DNA from: Candidatus Bathyarchaeota archaeon
GTDB lineage: Archaea > Thermoproteota > Bathyarchaeia > Bathyarchaeales > Bathycorpusculaceae
Assembly: GCA_963768895.1 (NCBI GenBank)
Contig: CAVYJU010000027.1
Coordinates: forward strand, 22,534 to 86,533
DNA: 64,000 nucleotides
Reading direction: 5' to 3'
Part shown: piece after piece, positions 57,250 through 64,000 of the stretch
How positions within the stretch are numbered: the first letter of the stretch is position 1
How the letters are laid out: each line of letters begins with the position of its first letter
Program-made: the position numbers and the translations under genes
Notes under the pieces: model-generated
Seen by the model: only the letters and a program-made list of their open reading frames with translations
Told to the model about the DNA's origin: nothing
Databases searched by the model: none

Positions 57250-57336
57250 CTTGTTTTGTCTTGTTTTTTTGATTTAGAGCTTAATTTAATTGCAGGTTGC
57301 GTCTAGAATTGTCCCCATTTGTCCCTGTTTGTCCCA
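57250..57336 (-). repeat. Dispersed repeat copy F with GGGACAA 10-bp array
   Basis: Minus strand GGGACAA x3, then CAACCTGCAATTAAATTAAGCTCTAAATCAAAAAAACAAGACAAAACAAG. Confidence 0.75.
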
Positions 57337-57432
57337 GATAATCCTGATTTCGCGTTTTTTCCATTATTTGTTGGACAAATCTTTAGTTCTTGTTTGGAGA
57401 TTCCCTGCAAATTTGAACTGCTTGCTTCACAA

Positions 57433-57540
57433 TGCTTTTGTAAATTAGGGTATGGATTGTTTGCGGGTTGAGTGCTTTTTAAGCTTTTTTAAGCTAGTTT
57501 AAGCCCTTTTAAGCTGGTTCTAATCTAGTTTTAAGCTAGA
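57433..57540 (-). repeat. Dispersed repeat copy G with GCTTAAA 10-11-bp array
   Basis: Minus strand GCTTAAA x5-6, then CAACCCGCAAACAATCCATACCCTAATTTACAAAAGCA. Confidence 0.7.
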
Positions 57541-57616
57541 TTAGTCGCAAATATCACATGGGATTAGGAGCCATTTAGAAATCTGACGGGAAGACTCCAG
57601 TTTCTCTCTTATCTTT

Positions 57617-59025
57617 TCAGATTTTGTCTAGGTTGAATTCTTCATGTATCGCTCGAACAACTGCTGCTCCATCTTTCTCTTTTACAACAAACGAAATGTT
57701 TAGTTCTGAGCTGCCTTGTGCAATCATGCGGATGTTTATGCCTTTCTTAGCAACAGTTGAGAATATCTTTGATGCTACGCCCAACGTTCCCTTCATGTTA
57801 GCGCCCATAACAGCGATGACGGCAACATCATCTTCGGCAGAAACCTCACTGACTAAGCCGCCTCTGTCTAAAAGTGCAATCTCCAAGTTGCTAATCGCCC
57901 TGCCCAACAAGCCCCGCTTAATAATCATTGAAATGTTTGCTTCTGAAGCAGCCGTAGAAATCATCATGACGTTAATGTTGTTTTTTCCAAGAACATCAAA
58001 CACTTTAGCGTAGCTTCCGGGCGCTCCAACCATTCCTGCTCCGCCAACATTAAGCATTGCAACATCCTTAATCATGGCTACAGCTTTAACAGCTTCCTTT
58101 GTATTCGAGTCAGGTTCTTTAGTAATCAATGTTCCCGCGATTTTCTGGATGAAAAACACTTCTTATTCTAACGGGTATGTTTTCTTTAATTACAGGTTCC
58201 AACGCGCGTGGGTGCATGGCTTTGGCGCCGAAAATCGCCATTTCCGCCGCTTCCTGATAACTTAGTTGTGGAAGCATTTTAGCTGTTTGAACTATTTTGG
58301 GGTCTGTAGTCATTATGCCGTCAACATCGGTCCAAATCCAGACTTCGTCAACATCTAATGCTACCCCTAAGATAGTTGCGGTGTAGTCTGAGCCGCCTCT
58401 GCCAACGGTGGTGACTACGCCATCTTGATTAGCGGCAATGTAACCTGTAACAACTGGAATGACGCCTTTTTCCATCAGTGGCACAAGACGTTCTCGGATG
58501 AGATGAGTTGTGTAGTTCATCAGTGGGTCGGCTTCGCCAAAGTTGGAGTCGGTGACAATGCCTGCTTCTTTGCCAGTGAACCATTGTGTTTCAAGTCCCT
58601 TTGTCTTTTATTGTGCCCCAAACAATAGGCGCAGATAATCGTTCACCAAACGAAACGACATAATCTTTAGATTTTGGTGTGACTTCGCCGACATAGCAGA
58701 TGCCTGTTAGAACTTTCTCTAGCTCGGTTAAGGTTTTCTGGGTGATTTGAGTAACTTCTTTTTGAATCTGTTTGCTGCTGATAGCGGTTGAAATTGCCTC
58801 TAAATGTTTGTTTAATAGCTCTTTGATAAAGCCTTGGATGTGTTTTTCATCGCTTTTTTTGGCTTGCTCTGCAACGTCAATCAGGCTGTTGGTTACGCCT
58901 GCTAAAGCCGAGACAACTACGGCAACCCTATCTTTTTTCGCGTTCTTAGTGACTAAATCAACTACATGACGTATGTTTTCGCCAGTAGCGACGCTTGTAC
59001 CGCCGAATTTCATTACGATTTTCAT
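57617..59025 (-). CDS. lysC: Aspartate kinase with two ACT domains; two frameshifts
   Basis: MKFGGTSV, SFGERLS, GRGGSDYTA, DVDG...DP, QGSSE. Confidence 0.92.
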
Positions 59026-59027
59026 TT

Positions 59028-60084
59028 TCAGGACTCCGAGTTATTATTTAGCATTCGGTTTGCCAACTTATGTCTTATGTCTAGCAGGTCTCTTAAAACT
59101 GCACTAGCGGTCTCTATTCCCCCTGCGCCTCTGCCAATGAGAGTTTGTTCGGCCGCGTACTGCGTAGAAAAGGTTATTGCATTAAGGACTCCGCTGACGC
59201 ATAAAGGGTGGTTTTTGGGTATTTCAGTTGGCTTGACAACTGCTTTGTCGTCATCTATTGAACCTATGAGCTTGATTGTATTGCCTCTTTGTGAAGCTTC
59301 ATCAAGTGTTTGCAAAGAAACGTCACGAATGCCTGTTCTATCTACGTCTTTTAAGGTTATTTTTTTGTTCATAATCCAATTTGCTAAAATAACTACTTTG
59401 CAGGCGGTATCAAATCCGTCAATATCCATTGAAGGCTCTCTTTCAGCGTAACCAAGCTTCTGCGCATTTGTCAGTGCTTCTTGGAATGTCACACGGTTTT
59501 GCGACATTTCAGTTAGTATGTAATTTGTTGTGCCGTTTAGTATTCCTCTTATAGATAAGAATTTTGTCGCCTGCAAGGCATCGTTTAGCAAACTCCAGCA
59601 TGGGTGTTCCACCGCCAACGGTTCCGCTAAAACGCAGGTAAACATTGTTATACTCAGCTAGTTCTGTGAGGGCTGGCATAGCTAGGGCTAATGGTCCTTT
59701 GTTAGTTGTTACGACATGTTTTCCTGTTTTAAAGGCAGTGGTGATGTGTGATAAGGCTGGTTCACCGTTTTTGATGTTGACAGGTGTGACTTCAACAACC
59801 ACTTCTGCTTCAACAGACTCAATCACCTCTAATGCTGATATTCCTGGGTGTCCGAAGTCGGGATCTGCAGAAATTGGGTACCCACGTTTCTTAATGGCTT
59901 CCAGCTTTTCAGGGCTTAGACCCTTTGGGTTTATGACAGCACCATCTATATCAGCGATGGCAACGATTTTTGGGTTAAATCCGTAATCTTTAATTTTTTC
60001 TGCATATCTTTGAGCCAGAATGGTAGTTACACCCTTCCCGACTACTCCATAGCCAACTAAGATAATCCTCATTGTCATATTCAC
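59028..60084 (-). CDS. hom: Homoserine dehydrogenase; one frameshift
   Basis: GYGVVG, VTTNKGP, GILNGTTNYIL, GRGAGG.ETASA. Confidence 0.92.
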
Positions 60085-61334
60085 CTAGCCAAAATGACTC
60101 TTCGCGTTTGCAATCCTAAAGCTTGTTCGATTGCTGATATTTCAGCATCAACTTCAATGGGTTTTTCGCTTTGTTTAATCGCAGTATCCGGATCTTTTAA
60201 ACCGTGCCCGGTTGTGATGCAGACCACCTTTTCATCTTTATCGATAACTCCATTGTTAACTAGCTTCTTTAACCCTGCAATAGATGAGGCGCTTGCAGGC
60301 TCTACAAAAATGCCCTCAATGCGAGCAAGCATTTTCTGCGCATCCAAGATTTCCTCGTCAGTTACGGTTTCCGCTGTTCCATGCGATTCATGAATAGCGT
60401 TTACTGCTTTCTTCCAGCTTACTGGAGCGCCGATTCGAATGGCTGTAGCTACTGTTTCTGGGTTTTCAACGGGAATTATTTTATCGCTGTTTGTTTTGAT
60501 TGCTTGAACAATGGGCGCTGATCCGACGGCTTGTATGCCAGTCATTTTTGGAAGTGTTTTTAATGAATCCAAGTTGGTGGAATTCGGTTAAGCCTTTCCA
60601 TACGGCGCTTATGTTACCTGCGTTTCCGACGGGTATTATGATTCTGTCTGGTGCTTTGTTGTTTAGCTGTTCGCAGATTTCGTAGCCCAGAGATTTTTGC
60701 CCTTCAATTCGGAATGGGTTAATTGAGTTTAGAAGGTAAATGCTCTTGTGCTTCTCAGCAAGTTTAAGCACGAATTCTAAGGCTTGGTCAAAGTTGCCTC
60801 GGACCTGCAAAACTTTGGCGCCGTGAATCATGGCTTGTGCTAGTTTTCCATAAGCAATTTTGCCTGAGGGAATAAGAACAGTGCATTTCAATCCAGCCCT
60901 TGCAGCGTAAGCGGCTAAACTTGCGCTGGTATTACCTGTTGAAGCACAAATAACGTGTCTTGCGCCAAGCTCAGCAGCTTTGGTAACGCCAACAGTCATG
61001 CCTCGGTCTTTGAAGCTGCCTGTTGGGTTTTCGCCTTCATTCTTAACGTAAAGCTGTTTTAATCCCAGCTTCATCGCCTAACCGTTGTGAGCGGTGCAGA
61101 CCCGTGCCGCCTTCGTTTAAGGTGACTACGTTTGTGGCTTCGTGGATAGGCATGAAGTTGCGGTATCGCCAAACGGATAAGGGTTTTGTTTTCCAGTCGC
61201 TTTCTTTGAGACTTTGTGCTAGTTCTTTGAAGTCAAATTTTATTTCAAGAATGTCCCCGCATTTCTTGCAGAAATAGAGAATCTCATCTATATCATATTG
61301 TGTTTTGCAGTTTATGCATTGCTTGATGTGTCAT
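60081..61334 (-). CDS. thrC: Threonine synthase; frameshifted
   Basis: N-terminal [42 protein letters not shown]. Confidence 0.92.
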
Positions 61335-61429
61335 AGTTTAAACTCCTTCAGATGACTTTTGGAATGATCGTAAAGTTGTAGCTGAATATCAGTCGCCGTA
61401 TTATTAATTTTGTTATGGTGGTATGGTTC

Positions 61430-62008
61430 TTAACCTACCATGTTGGTTAAAGTTTCGTAGGTTTTGAGGCTGTCTTTTTTCTCAACAACAATAATTGTTT
61501 CTGTCCAGCAAGAGATGAACTCAATTATGTTCACATTTTGCTCTGCAAGAAGAGCAGTAAGGAACGCGACAACTCCTGGGGTTGCCTCAAGTTCTTCAGG
61601 AGAATGAACAACAATCATTGTGCAATTATCATGCTTAATTAAAGCGTTTATGCGTTCAGGCAAATCGCTTCTGTCAAGCAGGTAAACAAATTTGCCAACT
61701 AAATCAACTTCCATACCTGTTTTGGCAGCAATTTCTTTTGCTGTTATAATTACTGCCTTTCGATCGTAAACAGCTATGCTGCTGCGCTTTAGAAGGAGGA
61801 GGACTTTTTCTTCTCTTTTCTGCTTGTGCTTTTGCAGTTCCTCCGAGTAGCGGCGCAGTGCAGCTTTAATGGCACTCGTATCATTGGTCTTTATTTCTTT
61901 TTGTATTTGGCGCGAAAGCTCGCTTAAGTTCACTATACCCTTTTCTAAGGCTTCTAGTAGGTAAGGTTTGTTTCTTAGGTGATTTCGGACATCTTGAGCT
62001 ATTGTCAT
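61430..62008 (-). CDS. HTH plus ACT-domain regulator-like protein
   Basis: GIVNLSELSR..AIKAALRRY helical N-terminus; TPGVVA..NVNIIE..S ACT domain; divergent from argG. Confidence 0.75.
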   Translation of the reverse strand: MTIAQDVRNHLRNKPYLLEALEKGIVNLSELSRQIQKEIKTNDTSAIKAALRRYSEELQKHKQKREEKVLLLLKRSSIAVYDRKAVIITAKEIAAKTGMEVDLVGKFVYLLDRSDLPERINALIKHDNCTMIVVHSPEELEATPGVVAFLTALLAEQNVNIIEFISCWTETIIVVEKKDSLKTYETLTNMVG

Positions 62009-62021
62009 ATTGGAACACCTT

Positions 62022-62079
62022 GTATCAAATGGTACATTTAAATTTTGTTAAGTAACAAAAAAGTCAAAACCTTTAAAAA
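62022..62079 (+). promoter_or_regulatory. argG promoter with multi-box operator and TATA
   Basis: GGTACAT-N14-GTAACAA-N4-GTCAAAAC-C-TTTAAAAA; includes palindrome TTTTGTTA-AG-TAACAAAA. Confidence 0.75.
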
Positions 62080-62111
62080 TACAGCGTTAAAGGTAACGGG
62101 AACAATTCAGC

Positions 62112-63347
62112 TTGAAAAATGAGGGAGCAAAAATAACAGAAAAAATCGTATTAGCATACTCGGGCGGATTAGACACATCCGTGTTAATTAAATATCTTCA
62201 AGAAAAATACGATGCTCAGGTAATTACAGTAACTGTTGATGTTGGCCAACGGGAAGACCTTAAAGCAGCTGAAGAAAAAGCTAAGAAACTCGGCGTTCTC
62301 AAACATTTTTCTATTGACGCAAAAGATGAATTTGCGAAAGACTACATTTTTCCGGCAATAAAAGCAAATGCGCTCTACGAGGGCAAGTATCCCATAAGCA
62401 CAAGCTTATCTAGACCATTAATCGCTGCAAAAATGGTTGAAATCGCCGAAAAAGAAGGCGCTACTGCATTAGCACATGGATGCACGGGAAGAGGCAACGA
62501 CCAAGTGCGTTTCGACGTGACACTGGGTTCTTTAGCGCCTGACAAAAGAATTATTGCTCCAGTGCGCGAGTGGGGCATGACGCGTGAGGAAGAAATCGCT
62601 TACGCAAAAACTAAAGGCATCCCTGTCTCAAATGCAGCCAAAAAATACAGCATAGATGCAAGCGTTTGGGGAAGAGCTATTGAATGCGGGTTGCTTGAGG
62701 ATGCAAGTCAATCGCCGCCAGAGGATGCTTATGAATGGACTGTTTCTGGCGAAAAAGCTCCTAATACTCCTGAAATTGTTAATATACAATTCGAAGCAGG
62801 AGTCCCAGTAGCTGTTAATGGCAAATCCATGTTGCCCCTTGAACTTATTGAGGAAATGAACAAAATTGCAGGCAGAAATGGTGTGGGAAGAATAGATCAC
62901 ATTGAAGACCGGCTTGTCGGCATAAAATCTCGTGAAGTTTACGAATGCCCTGCTGCTACGGTGATTTTGGAAGCTCATAAAGACCTTGAAAAAATGGTTA
63001 TGACCCGTCATCAGGTCCTATTCAAACAACAGGTTGATGCCGAATGGGTATTCCTTGCATACGCTGGGCTGTGGGTTGACCCACTCAAAGATGACTTGGA
63101 CGCATTTATCAACAAATCTCAAGAAAATGTTAACGGTGAAGTAAAACTCAAACTCTATAAGGGCAGCATGCAGGTTATCGGGCGCTCCTCACCTATGTCG
63201 CTCTACGACAAAAACTTGGCTAACTACAATATCAAAACCTCATTCAACCAATCCTACTCTAAAGGATTCATTGAACTGTGGGGACTACAGACAAGAATGT
63301 ACAATGCGCTCAAAAAAACAAGTAAGAAAGCGGTTGCAAAGAAGTAA
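62112..63347 (+). CDS. argG: Argininosuccinate synthase
   Basis: LAYSGGLDTS, HGCTGRGNDQVRF, GIKSREVYECP. Confidence 0.97.
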   Translation: MKNEGAKITEKIVLAYSGGLDTSVLIKYLQEKYDAQVITVTVDVGQREDLKAAEEKAKKLGVLKHFSIDAKDEFAKDYIFPAIKANALYEGKYPISTSLSRPLIAAKMVEIAEKEGATALAHGCTGRGNDQVRFDVTLGSLAPDKRIIAPVREWGMTREEEIAYAKTKGIPVSNAAKKYSIDASVWGRAIECGLLEDASQSPPEDAYEWTVSGEKAPNTPEIVNIQFEAGVPVAVNGKSMLPLELIEEMNKIAGRNGVGRIDHIEDRLVGIKSREVYECPAATVILEAHKDLEKMVMTRHQVLFKQQVDAEWVFLAYAGLWVDPLKDDLDAFINKSQENVNGEVKLKLYKGSMQVIGRSSPMSLYDKNLANYNIKTSFNQSYSKGFIELWGLQTRMYNALKKTSKKAVAKK

Positions 63348-63384
63348 GACTATCTAAAACGTGAGTAAATAGGAAGATGAGACG

Positions 63385-64000
63385 ATGTCAAAAATTCTGC
63401 ATGGCGGACGATTATCATCGGTGCGTGAAGATGTAGCAAAGTTTACATCGTCGCGAAAAGATGATGAACGGTTAGCCAATGCTGTTATTGACATCAATAA
63501 AGCCCATGTTATAATGCTCATGGAGCAAAAAATTATTCATTGGCAAGATGGCGCAAAAATCCTAAAAGTGCTCTCCAAGCAATCTAAAGTTAAGCTCGAC
63601 TCTTCTGCAGAAGACGTTCACATGGCTGTAGAAGAAGCTGTACTTGCGGAAACAGGACCAGAAATCGGCGGAAATCTGCATATCGCAAAAAGCAGAAATG
63701 ACCAAGTTGTAACCGCCATTCGCATGCAACTCAGAAATGAACTCATCGAAATGATGCTTGGTGTCATTGAGATGCAGAAAAGCCTCTTGGACACAGCCAG
63801 AGAACACGTAAACACAGTTATTTTAGAGTACACTCACTTGCAGGCAGCACAGCCCGTTACATTTGCGCATTATTTGCTTTCCCAGGTTCAAGCGTTAGAG
63901 CGAGATTTAGGAAGAATTCGCGGAGCTTTTGAACGTGTTAATATGTGTCCTCTTGGGGCAGGAGCATTAGCTACTACAAGTTTTCCAATAAATCGGGAAC
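63385..64000 (+). CDS. argH: Argininosuccinate lyase (truncated by window end)
   Basis: MSKILHGGRL, EDVHMAVE, SRNDQV, YTHLQAAQP, CPLGAGALA. Confidence 0.93.
   Translation, partial: MSKILHGGRLSSVREDVAKFTSSRKDDERLANAVIDINKAHVIMLMEQKIIHWQDGAKILKVLSKQSKVKLDSSAEDVHMAVEEAVLAETGPEIGGNLHIAKSRNDQVVTAIRMQLRNELIEMMLGVIEMQKSLLDTAREHVNTVILEYTHLQAAQPVTFAHYLLSQVQALERDLGRIRGAFERVNMCPLGAGALATTSFPINRE

Noticed and set aside
57617-61334. Frameshifts in ask, hom, thrC and about 20 other genes as pseudogenes or programmed frameshifting
   Set aside because: The indels are scattered, often in short homopolymers, and hit housekeeping genes whose motifs are intact; this fits long-read consensus error.

Overview
AT-rich archaeal chromosomal segment, most consistent with Bathyarchaeia. 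Evidence for this is TATA/BRE promoters, a LysW pathway, an aRF1 homolog, expanded beta-propeller surface proteins and many small Zn-ribbon proteins. Many genes are split by single-base indels, including housekeeping ask/hom/thrC, which points to uncorrected long-read errors rather than true pseudogenes. Core content: rpiA, lysM-lysWXYZJK, clpB, hsp20, thrC-hom-ask and argG-argH. Highlights: (1) An unannotated ~236-nt structured RNA (36909-37144, minus strand). It has a terminal closing stem, two tandem co-varying pseudoknot modules, its own TATA box and a U-tract terminator. (2) Its promoter aligns without gaps to a multi-box operator upstream of both the lysW operon and argG, suggesting the RNA belongs to the arginine/LysW regulon. 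(3) A translationally coupled operon in which a membrane protein ends in a 10-Cys (Cys-Ala)n-GGG tail, directly upstream of a PqqD/RRE-radical SAM-SPASM enzyme. (4) A dispersed intergenic repeat family (about 7 copies) with variable ~10-bp phased tandem arrays. (5) A DUF2400/PD-(D/E)XK fusion, a GGQ-less aRF1 paralog, 5' leader hairpins and several microproteins. All family calls are by-eye motif recognition; no database searches or folding programs were run.
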